The translations under genes were made by a program, and so were the position numbers. Shown piece after piece: positions 11,701 through 22,500 of a DNA stretch of 64,000 nucleotides. The notes beneath the pieces are model-generated. The model ran no database searches and had not been told where the DNA came from. It saw only the letters and a program-made list of their open reading frames with translations. Position 1 is the first letter of the stretch, and the number at the start of each line of letters is the position of its first letter. Source of the DNA: Marsupella aquatica (Eukaryota > Plantae > Marchantiophyta); contig OZ316891.1 of the NCBI GenBank assembly GCA_973895155.1, positions 23,869,899-23,933,898 of the forward strand, given 5' to 3'.

Positions 11701-13360
11701 CATTGCAGAGCTCGACAAGGAGCTAAGAGCAACCCAGGAGGAGAGGGCTACCTTGAAGAAGGAATTGGAGGAAGCCCACAGGGAGCAGGAGGAGGCCAAA
11801 AACGAGCTGGAGGGGGCACGTAAGGACCTGGATGAAACCCAAGAGGAGTTGGAGGAAATCACGAGGAAGATGGAGAACCTACAGCGGCGGGCCGACAACC
11901 AAACAGAGCGGCTGAAGAAACAAGCCGCAGTATTTAAATGCTTAGCTGCAGCAGGTCCATCTCCCGTTGGGACAAACCAGTTACCAGGGGTGGTAATTGC
12001 CGAAGGACAAGCCGCGCCAACTGCACCAGTGCCGGAAGTAAGTGGGAAGGGGAAGGGACCAGCTGCCGAGCCACCAACGAAGAAGAAGCGGAAACCTTCA
12101 GGGTCAAGGAGTAATACGACTTCACAGGCCGTGGTGATCAAGGAGGTAGACCCAGCACCGACCCCAGACAGGGTCACGGCTAAGGATCCAACTACCCTAG
12201 GGGAAGGGGAGGCCAAAGCCGAGGGAGTGGCTGAAGCCGAAGCCGTGGGAGTGGCTGAGGCCAAAGCCGTGGGTATTGCCGAGGCCGGTGTCGAGGCTGA
12301 AGCCGAAGGTGGACCCAGTCAGGCCGATGGAGAGTTGACTCAGTCAAGGGCAGGTAATCTGTCAGAGAATGAACCTACGGCAGTGGCTGAGGAGGAAGCG
12401 TTGGGGGCGTCCATTAAGGATCCACCACCGGTGTCATGACAGTGCAAGGGCGCCGTTCCTTTTAGGGAGGGCGGACGTGGAGGGAGGAGGCGTGAGTGGG
12501 CAGGGCGGGCGCGGATCTCCACGTTTAGGATTAGGATCAGAACCAGGAGCGGCCCTGACACTTAGCTTAGTGGGATTGCGGTCCCACTGGTAGGAGCAAC
12601 ACTTGTGCTCCTGCCTTGCTGTACATAGGTAGATTCGGGCAAGTAGATTACTGTTAAGTAGATTAGGCTTACGATGCAAAGAATGGCGGATCCACTACCA
12701 GGATAAGTACCTGGGCAGCGGGGAGCTCAGGGCCTCTTCTTTAGCAAGTTTTTAGTTTGCACCAGCCGGGCTGGGATCAAGTAGTACGAGAAGCTCTCGG
12801 TTAGTCATACAGTGACTCTTGTGTATATTCATGTTTCCTCATGCCTAAGAGCTGAATAGAGTTGGCCTCACGGCTTAGTTCGCAGAACTTGTGTATGAGA
12901 TGTACTGTTTGTATGGCAAGTGCATGGTATGACTCAGTCAGAATGAGTCATTTTGCTATTTGTGTGTCGCATTAACTTGTGTGAAGAGTGCCCACATCAA
13001 CAGAAGGAAGGAAAGTAAGCAGGGGAGTGAGAGTTGGATGTGTCGAGCTGAGAGAGGTCTTAGCGGCTTAACCAAGCCTATTGGGGATCATTCCGGCGGC
13101 GGAATCCAAACATACCTAACAAGACGGAGGGGAAGACAGGGGAAGACAGGGGAAGGCCTATATTAGGCCGGCTACGTATCTCATGACCCGATGAAGGATC
13201 TGTCCAGTATATGTGTGTAAAATGTTAATAGTAGTAGTAGAAGGTTAGCAGCGTCCCATGCCGCTAAGCCGCGGAAACGGCCTCGCCAAGCACGAAACCT
13301 GCGGGAATCGGCTTGAGCTGGGGGGTTTCTTGGGTTTAGGGAGCCATGGGACGCACCACA
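8701..13360 (+). repeat. LTR2 of family A (4660 bp), shared between tandem units
   Basis: TGTGATGC...GCACCACA imperfect inverted termini. PPT upstream, PBS downstream. Confidence 0.88.
8816..12439 (+). pseudogene. LTR-encoded ORF interrupted by stops at 10073-10075 and 11015-11017
   Basis: Three in-frame pieces collinear with intact 19700-23335. Confidence 0.88.
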
Positions 13361-13364
13361 TTTT

Positions 13365-13382
13365 TGGCGCTAGATGGAGGGG
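13365..13382 (+). other. Primer binding site, copy 2
   Basis: Identical to 2481-2498. Confidence 0.8.
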
Positions 13383-13429
13383 GCATTTCTTAAGCCGTGA
13401 GATATGAAGTTAGAACGGAAGCGTAGGTA

Positions 13430-16423
13430 ATGACTGACCTTACGCCGAGGGAAGAAAGAGTGATTCAACGGGAGAGAGCTCGACTGCAGCAGCTCGTCGG
13501 GTGGCATGATACACAGCGACTGAGAGGGGCAGAAAGAGCTGGTAGCTCCGAAACTGGAAGTGGCGTCGAAGAAGACATACCAGAAGAAGAGTCGGTAAGG
13601 AGAAGTGAGTCTACAACCGACATGGGGGAACCAGAGGCACGGCCAGACGAGAGGTCAGGGACCAGATTGAGCCAGCGGTTGCGCATACATTACAAGGCAT
13701 TTCATGGGAGAGGAGATGAGGATCCGGACGAATGGTTGGATGATTTCGAGGGAACCGCTGCAGCAAATGGAGAATCGGCCATCAAGATGCAGATTCTTCC
13801 CGGCCTGTTCAAGGGTGAGGCTAGGCCTTGGTATAGAGCATTAGATGTGGAAGATCAAGCCATCTGGGATATCTTCAAAACACTCTTTGTTAAGGAGTTT
13901 CGACCCATTGGAACTTCAGAACTAGCAGTGCTGAAGTTGGGACAACTTCGGTTCAAGGAGAACAAATCCTTCAGGAAGTTCTTGCAACGCTTTCAGAAAC
14001 TGGTAAGACGTACAAAGACCAATGCATCTGAAGGTATGCAACTTCAATGGTTGGTGAATGCTTTGCCACAGAAGATGAGTTTTGCAATTAGGAAGGAGAA
14101 CCCGGAGACTTTAGCCGAAGCAATTAAGGATATTCAATTATACATTAATGCAGATATCACAAGCCGGAAGAAACAGCTTAAGTCTGAGAGTTCCTCATCA
14201 GAGGAGGGATCACCCCATAAGAAAAAAGATAAGAAGAAGAAACATCCCAAGAAGTCTAGAAGTGATAAGTCAAGCTCGGATAGTGGGAGTAGCAAGAGTG
14301 AGTCATCTTCTAGTTCTGAAGAAGAAAAAACTAGGAAAAGGAAGGGCAGAAGGAGAGGGAAGACGAAAGTCAAGATGGAGGCTAAGCCACCAGATAACAT
14401 CGTAGCCCTTACCGAGCAACTTAAGGCTATCATTGCAGAGGTAAAACCAAAGAAGAAGGTAGTACAGGAGGATAGCTCTGTATGGTGTGCCTTATGTTAT
14501 AAAACCGGACACCATAAAGATGCTTGTCCTAAGCTTAATACTAATCATGTTCGGCATGTGGCCGAGATCAGACCATGTCAGGGAGAAGTAGAGTACTTTT
14601 TGGGAGATGCCGCTGATAGTGTTTTCGGCATCAGTGAGACTGGAGCACGAGACCTATCCAACAGACCTGCATCTCTGTGGTCAGGGTTAAGGAACAATCC
14701 AGGAGAGATGTATCCTCGGATTATTCAGAACCCGTCAGTACCTCCTAGGCCGAATGTGCAAAGATTTGCGGCGTGCTATAATTGTGGTCAACCTGGCCAT
14801 TTTGCTAGAGAATGCCCGAATGCACGCAAACAGGGTGATGGACAACCAGCTCAGCTATGTATGGGATGCCGACAGGAAGGTCATATGCTAGGGCAATGTC
14901 CTACTTGGTTGGCAGGCCTGGCCGCAAATCATAAGCTTTTGCCGATCAAGATCTTACCGCCAGGTACTACCCCCGGAGGAGTTCAAATCAACCACATCAA
15001 ACTAGGATGGCAAGAGGATGCCGAGGCAGAGTTCGTACCATCTGATGATGAGGCCGAAGCCCTATCAACCTTCTCAGAGGAGGATTTAGATCATGATTGC
15101 TACCGGGTCTCTACTCGATCTACCAGAAGGAAGGAAAGGTGGGATGGGCTGGCCAAAAATAAAGGGAAGGTTACGGAGGAAAGGATCGACTCTTCGTCAA
15201 CATCAACAGAAGGAGAAGGGAGGGCTCCGGCAATACAGGTAAGCCATGAGCCCACCAGTGAAACCAATCCTTCACAAGATAGCGACTTCAATCGAGATCA
15301 TCCTAAGTTGTTCTACCCCTCTGTTACGGCTAGTGTTAAGGAACAACTAAGAGAATTAGAAACCCTGGAGAATACCGAAGCCATTGCCAAGGATGTAAAA
15401 CGAGCAAAAGCATTGTTTGCTTCGGAAGACCCAACAGCTGTGGAGACTAGCGTGGCAAAACTGGCCGAATCCAAGACGGAAACACCACCAGAAGAGAAGC
15501 CGATTGTTCCCTATGACCTGGCTAAAGATGTACTAGAATCTAGAGTCTCGGCAACAGTAGGTCAACTATTGAAAAATAGCCCGTACTTCCGGAAGCAATT
15601 AAGGAAGGCTATTCTTGGCAAGCCGAGATTACCCAAGGTAGCAACCAGATCTGACGTACTAATGATAGAAGAAGATCAAGGAGCCCCAGCATTACCATTA
15701 ATGATTCAAGGAGAATTATTACTACGGGTACCCATCGATGGAGGATCAGGGGTATGTATTATGATTGATTCAACAGCAAAAGGGTGGGGTCTAACACCGG
15801 AGATGACTGGAAGAGTGTTGAACATGGCCAATGGATATCAGGTCATTCCGACGGGAGTGTTAACCGGCATCAAGACAGAGATAGGAGGTATCTTCTTTAG
15901 CATTAACTATGTAGTAATGAAGCCGGTAAATCCTACGTCATTCCGGCTATTGATTGGTAGGCCATGGCTGTACCTAGCCGAGGTAATAGAAGATTGGGGT
16001 AAAAAGCAGTTCACTTTCGGGACCCCCTCTATCACAGTATCCTGGGACACTAAGGATGACCGTAGGAAAAGCATAAGGGAAGTAGATGGGTACGACAGTG
16101 GACTGGAGTCAGCCGATGAAGTACGTTGGTTAGAATGCCTCACTAACCTAACCGAAGAAGGTGTCTTTGGACCAGAGGTACCCCCCAGCGGATTATGGCA
16201 AGAACCAATGGAAGGTGACTTGGAAGAAGAAGACGAAGAGGTCGAGGACTGCTTTACAATAGAATCCACCTTTTTAGCTGCAATTCCGGAGGAAGTAAAG
16301 GATGTAGACCAATTGGATGAAACGGCTAAGTGGGGAGCAATAGCAGGGACAGTGGATTTTTTGCAGGCGTTGTGGCAGAGCCGACGGGGTCCACAACGCC
16401 ATCGATCATCGGCAAGGAATTAA
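13430..16423 (+). CDS. gag: Gag-protease polyprotein, copy 2
   Basis: Same translation as 2546-5539. Confidence 0.92.
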   Translation: MTDLTPREERVIQRERARLQQLVGWHDTQRLRGAERAGSSETGSGVEEDIPEEESVRRSESTTDMGEPEARPDERSGTRLSQRLRIHYKAFHGRGDEDPDEWLDDFEGTAAANGESAIKMQILPGLFKGEARPWYRALDVEDQAIWDIFKTLFVKEFRPIGTSELAVLKLGQLRFKENKSFRKFLQRFQKLVRRTKTNASEGMQLQWLVNALPQKMSFAIRKENPETLAEAIKDIQLYINADITSRKKQLKSESSSSEEGSPHKKKDKKKKHPKKSRSDKSSSDSGSSKSESSSSSEEEKTRKRKGRRRGKTKVKMEAKPPDNIVALTEQLKAIIAEVKPKKKVVQEDSSVWCALCYKTGHHKDACPKLNTNHVRHVAEIRPCQGEVEYFLGDAADSVFGISETGARDLSNRPASLWSGLRNNPGEMYPRIIQNPSVPPRPNVQRFAACYNCGQPGHFARECPNARKQGDGQPAQLCMGCRQEGHMLGQCPTWLAGLAANHKLLPIKILPPGTTPGGVQINHIKLGWQEDAEAEFVPSDDEAEALSTFSEEDLDHDCYRVSTRSTRRKERWDGLAKNKGKVTEERIDSSSTSTEGEGRAPAIQVSHEPTSETNPSQDSDFNRDHPKLFYPSVTASVKEQLRELETLENTEAIAKDVKRAKALFASEDPTAVETSVAKLAESKTETPPEEKPIVPYDLAKDVLESRVSATVGQLLKNSPYFRKQLRKAILGKPRLPKVATRSDVLMIEEDQGAPALPLMIQGELLLRVPIDGGSGVCIMIDSTAKGWGLTPEMTGRVLNMANGYQVIPTGVLTGIKTEIGGIFFSINYVVMKPVNPTSFRLLIGRPWLYLAEVIEDWGKKQFTFGTPSITVSWDTKDDRRKSIREVDGYDSGLESADEVRWLECLTNLTEEGVFGPEVPPSGLWQEPMEGDLEEEDEEVEDCFTIESTFLAAIPEEVKDVDQLDETAKWGAIAGTVDFLQALWQSRRGPQRHRSSARN
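16354..16413 (+). promoter_or_regulatory. Putative -1 frameshift signal, copy 2
   Basis: Identical to 5470-5529. Confidence 0.8.
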
Positions 16424-19400
16424 ATACCAAGGGATCGGCATACAAGCCGATTACGAGGGCAGAACAAATTGAGGCCCTATTAGAAGCCGAGAGAGCACAG
16501 CGGCCTAACTCTCAGGAGCAAGAAGTGGATGAGATGGACAGACACGATCCAGAGCCAAGGCAGGAAGGGGAGCCGACCACTAATTCAAAACCGAATAGAC
16601 CGGTAAGGGGACAATCTATGGACACCAAGGAAGGGACCAACTCGGCTAGTCCAGCCGAGATCCCAGTTTATGGAGGTATGAGATTAGAGAGACTGGAAGC
16701 CGAACTGGACCCGAATTTGAAGAAGCAGATTAATATGATCCAAGCACGGCAATATCGGAAGCTCGACTTAGGAGAGGGAAGAGAACTGAACTTAGGGAGA
16801 AACCTAGCACCTGAGCTCGAGAAAGAGATCAGTGACTTATTGATTGAATTTCAGGATGTGTTTGCATGGAGTCACCAAGATCTAAAGGGAGTAGATCCAA
16901 CACTAGGGGAACATCGAATTGATCTCATGTTAGGAGCCAAATCATTTCGACAACCAATTCGAAGGATGAACCCGAAGTATTCCCTGCTGGTCAAAACAGA
17001 AATCGACAAACTAGTGGAAGCTGGATTCATCACTCCAGTCCTGCATTCAGACTGGGTGTCTCCAATTGTGATAGTTCCCAAGAAAGCTAGACCCGATGGT
17101 AAACCCAAGATCCGGGTTTGTCAGGATTACAGGAAGCTGAATGAAGCAACATTAAAAGACCATTTTCCTTTACCGTTTACTGATATGGTACTAGACATGG
17201 TAGCCAGTCATGAACTATATTCATTCATGGATGGATACTCTGGTTATAACCAAATCAGGATTCGGCAGGAAGACCAAATCAAGACGGCCTTCATCACGGA
17301 ATGGGGGATCTATGTCTTCAATCGTATGCCGTTTGGACTCTGCAACGCACCAGCTATGTTCCAACGATTAATGGTGAACATTTTTCATGATTACTTGAGA
17401 AAGTTCATGGAAATCTTCATTGATGACTTTGCAGTATTCGGGAAGGCATCGAAACATGCTAAATACCTCAGGAAAACCTTCATGAGATGTAGAGAGGTGG
17501 GTCTCAAGTTACACCCAGATAAATGTTTTTTTGCAGTAACCGAGGGGGTGCTACTAGGTCACAAGGTATCAAGGAAGGGCATTGAGATTGACAAAGGTAA
17601 GCTAGCAATATGGCTAGATATCATGCAACCTAAGAACATAAAGGATGTAAGATCCTTCTTGGGATGCATTGGTTACTATCGCCGGTTCATCAAGGATTTT
17701 GCCAAGCTGGCTTTACCATTAACCAATATGCTCAAGGCAGGAGCAGACTTCGAACCCACACCCGAACGAGTCACAGCGGTGGTAGAATTGAAGCAGATGT
17801 TAGTAGAGGCCCCAGTCATGATAGCACCGGACTGGAACAAAGATTTTCATGTTTTTGTAGATGTCTCGGGCTTCTGTATTGGCTCAGTACTAAGTCAGTT
17901 GGATGAGAAAGGAAGGGACCATCCCATATACTTTGCAAGCCGTCAGCTTGCCGATGCCGAACGGAACTACTCTACCACGGAAAGAGAAGCATTAGGAGTC
18001 ATTTATTCTTGTAAAAAGTTTAGGCATTATTTACTAGGGTACAAGGTAATCTTTCATACTGATCATGAAAGTTTGAAGTACCTAGTCAATAAGCCGGACC
18101 TTATAGGCAGAGTAGCAAGATGGATTTTGCTATTACAGGAGTTTGACTATGAGCTGAGGATCAAGCCGGGAAAGTTACATGCCAATGCCGACTTCTTTTC
18201 AAGGATCACAGGTAAACCTGCCACGGATTGCATCGATGATCGATTCCCCGACGAGGAGCTATTTGTTGTGGAAATAGCTGGTACATGGTACCCTGAGATT
18301 TTACAATTTCTCAGCACTTCCAGATTACAGCCAGGATTAAGCCGAGAGCAAGCCGCAGTCTTTGTGCGGAAGGTCAGACAGTATCAGTGCATTAAAGGCA
18401 TACTGCACAAGCATGGAATCAACGGCACGATTCAAAGATGTTTGGAAAAGAGAGAGGTAAAATGAGTCCTACGGGCCATGCATGGAGAGGAGGCCGGAGG
18501 ACATTTTGCCCCAGTAACCACGTCTAAGAAGATATTAAATGCCGGTTACTGGTGGCCCACCTTGCACAAAGATGTCTATCAGTTTATCAAACAATGCGAT
18601 CCTTGTCAACGAGCGGGAGGACCAAGGGCGTCCACCAGGCATCCATTGCACCCTATTCTACCTCTGGCACCATTCGAGAAGTGGGGTATTGATTACATTG
18701 GACCTCTGAAACCACTGACCCACCCTCGACGGAACAAGTACATAATCCTGGCTACGGATTATGCAACTAAATGGGTAGAGGCCAGACCAACAACGAAGGA
18801 TGATGCAATTACTACGGCTAGATTCATGTATGAGCAGATCTTCACCAGGTATGGAGCACCCCTAGAATTAGTTAGTGATAGAGGAACCCATTTTTTGAAT
18901 GATATAATTAGTCGTTTAAATGAGCAGTATTTAGTTAAACATAGGCCTACTACTCCCTACCATCCAAAGGCAAACGGGTTGACAGAACGAGCAAACGGAA
19001 TCATAGGAAAGATATTGAACAAGACAGTAGCTCAGAACAAACTCGATTGGGATGATAAATTGTTTGCTGCTGTTTTTGCTTACAATCTTGCCTATAAATC
19101 CACTACCGGTCATACACCCTTCTTCTTAACCTTTGGACAAGAAGCCCTGGTACCCATGCAACTTGAGATACCGACATTTCAAGTTACAATTGAGGAAAGA
19201 GCCTCAGCGGAGGAGAGCCTAAAGGAGCGAGAATATAGGTTAGAAGCTTTAGAGGAAGCGAGAATGATTTCAGCCGAGAGAGTAGAATATAGACAGAATA
19301 TCATGAAGCAGCAGTATGATAAAAGGTTAAAAGTAGTTAGTATTCATACCGGTGATCTTGTGCTACTTTATGACAGTAGGTATAGTAGGTTTCCAGGAAA

Positions 19401-19571
19401 GCTTTACACTCGCTGGTTAGGACCCTTTAGAGTAACCATGATGTTCCCCAATGGCTCCGTACAATTGGCCAACATTACGGGAGAGGTATATCCAGTTCGC
19501 ATCTATTATGACCGCCTCAAGAAATACTATATGGACGAAGATGAAGTTGTTCGCGAGGACGCTTCACAATT

Positions 19572-19581
19572 AAGTGGGGAG
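19572..19581 (+). other. Polypurine tract, copy 2
   Basis: Identical to 8688-8697. Confidence 0.8.
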
Positions 19582-19584
19582 CTA

Positions 19585-22500
19585 TGTGATGCCTAGACAG
19601 GAATCACTCGGCCGGTTAAGTGGGTAAAGCAGGAAGGCACCCTAGGAACACCTTAGTATAGGGACAAAACAAGGAAAATATAAACAATTAGGGGCAACCA
19701 TGGAACCCGGGCAGAGGCCGGAGGTAAGGCTGAGGGTGAAAACCCAATTAGGGTTAGGGCGCGTTAAGCGTCGGCGGCTAGGAAGGATCAACGGGAAGAA
19801 GGACCGGCAGAGGAGAGGGGTAAGGAGCGCTTGCAGGAGATGGTGGCTCATTTGCGAGCACGAACTAGGCAGACGACTACGGGAGGCCAACTACTGTCAG
19901 CTGCTTAGGCAAGCACTCGGGGAGAGAGTAGATACCGACGATCGACCTAAGGAGGGTATGAGCAACGTCAATCAAGCGGCACATTTCTGGGGATGCCTGT
20001 TCGAACGGGCAACTGAGTACATCAAGACTTACGAGGACGAGGAGTCAGAAAGGGCAGCTCGAGAACGGCAGGAGCTCGCTCGATTGTGGGAGCTGCAGAA
20101 GACGGCTTTCTTAGGAGGCAAACTCATCAAGGACGAGTTCCTGTGGACGCCTACTTCCAATCAACTCGACGATCTTCTGTTTTGCAAAGACAGCGTCATC
20201 GGCATCCGAGAGGCCATCAAGAACTGCAACGACATACACTGGGAATTAAAGGGTAGCACGGAAAGGTGGACCCAGGCAACGGTGCTAGGAGAAACCTCCA
20301 CGGCAGTAGAGATGAAGAGGAAGGGGGCCGTCAACGATGAAGCCACCCCGGCAAAAAGAACGAGGTCGGCGGCACCAAAGAGGCCAGCCGAGCAGCAAAG
20401 CAGGAGGCAGGGAGAAGCCAAAGAGGAGGAGGTCGATCCCATCAAGGCCATTCCAACCAGGGATGACACCTGGAAGGGCTGGGCGGCAACCCTACCGGTG
20501 GAGGTGCAACTACATTTTGCACGGGAGGAGGATGCATGCTTTACGGCCATGCAGACCAAGAAGTACCAAGGCTTCATGGCCGGATCCGGCTTGGAGGCCT
20601 TTGTAAGATTACCATGGCTGAAGCCGGAGGTACCGGAGTCAGACCTATTAGAATTCGTGGGGTCATGGGAACCCGAGACCAATTGCACGAGGATATATGG
20701 GAAGGATTTCTATCTTACTCCCAAGGTAATTGCCGAAGTGTTTGGCTTGCCGATAGGCAATAAGACCAAAGTTGATACCAGGAAGACCCTGCCTGACAAG
20801 GAGTTCTGGTCGTTCCCCGGGCCATCAACGAAGAATGGCTTCTTCCGGAACACCTGCACCAACCCGCACATAGGAGAGATGATCGACTTCTTGCGGGTGA
20901 CCATGCATTGTAACTTGCCGATGGCAGAGATCGGCAAGGCACAGGTCTATCTGGCAGAAAGGCCAGACCCAAGCCGGGACTACAACGGGTACCTCCTCAA
21001 CCAATTGAAGAAGATCTTAAAGGAGGAGCAGCAGGTAATCGGCATGGGGAGCGTGTCGCGGCTTGGCTATCACATGCCGCTGTTGTGCCGGTATGCCAGA
21101 GGTCAGACTTTTGCCCCGGTACTTCCCCTGCAGGTAAGGGCACCCGAGGAAGCTCCAACGCCGAGGCCGTTGGCTGAAAAGCCTCAACCACCTGTTAGTC
21201 CTACGATCGAGCAGGTGTTTAGGCCCAGGAAGGAAGACTTGCCGATGCAGCAACCAGGCATGCAGAGTCTGCTGAAACTACTGGAGAAAGAAAAGAAATC
21301 GGCATCGGCAACAACAACGGCAACGGCAACAATGCAGGACACTACTACAGAGGTAGGCCTACACCGGCTCACAAGAGAAAACCCCTTTGCTGGAGACAAG
21401 GAGAGAATCAGGCCGGAATCCAAGCCAGGTGTTCGAATGTACGTGGGAACCTCAAGCTCCGAATCTGAGGCAGAATTGCCTGAAGCTCCTACCGATGAAG
21501 AGGAGAGGGAGAAGCCGGACGTCCAAGAGGTAGAGGAGGCAGTGGAGGACTGCAGCCATGATAATTCCGGCTATGGGTTGGACCATCACGTTCCAGGAGT
21601 AAGGACCTGTGGCCGGTTTGTCCCCACACTTCCAAGGGTAGTGCGAGGGGACCCCAACCAGCAGAGTAGCCCTGAGTCTCCCCCACCAGATGTTGCTCCC
21701 CCGAGCTTCGACGGCATAAAACAGACGGTGCAGGAATTTCCGGAGCGAATCAAGCAGGAGGAAGAGGCCGCCCTGGCTAAGGAAAAGGATTTACCAGGAG
21801 GAGATTGGCCGGAGGACATCAGGCGGCTAGCCGAAAAAGGAAGCAAACCTCTAGCCACGATTGAAGAGATCCACAGGACGGCTTGGGAGCAGAGGCCACG
21901 ATGGGCGATGCCGATCACTTCTACTTACTCCACCTACGCTAAGAATAGAGCCATGGAGTATGGTGAGATGTGTGGGGAACTTGCGCTCGGCATCTTTGGA
22001 GAGGAGTTGGAGGTAGGACCCTTTTTCCATAGGGAGCAGTTGGAGAAGCACCAATTAGAAGAAGCGGTGGCTTTAGAGAGAAGCAAGAAGGACGAGGTCA
22101 TTCGGCGGCTTAGGAGGATGGAAGCCGAGATTGAAGATCTAAGGGCGGCCAAGAAAGCCCAAGATGAACTGCGGATTAAACGACATGAGCTGAACATCAT
22201 GCAGGGGCAGTTGGACACCGCGCAGGCTGATAATCAGAATATCAAGGATAAACTAACTCAGACGCAGGGAGAGTTGGCCGACACGATCAAAGAGAGGGAG
22301 AAGTGGAAGCAAGAGCTGAAGAATACAGAGGAGGCCCACATAACAGCCAACAGCCGGGCCATGGCGGAGACCCAAAGAAAGGAATGGGCGTTGAAAGGGG
22401 AGCTCGAGAAAATCCGCGGAGCCCTTGAGCAGAAGGAGGTCGAGTTAGGGAAATCCTATCAAGGGATTATGGCGCTACAGCAGGAGCTTGCGTCCCTGAC

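Larger units (their letters stand above)
16330..19596 (+). pseudogene. pol: Pol, copy 2, same TGA at 18463-18465
   Basis: Same translation as copy 1. Confidence 0.92.
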
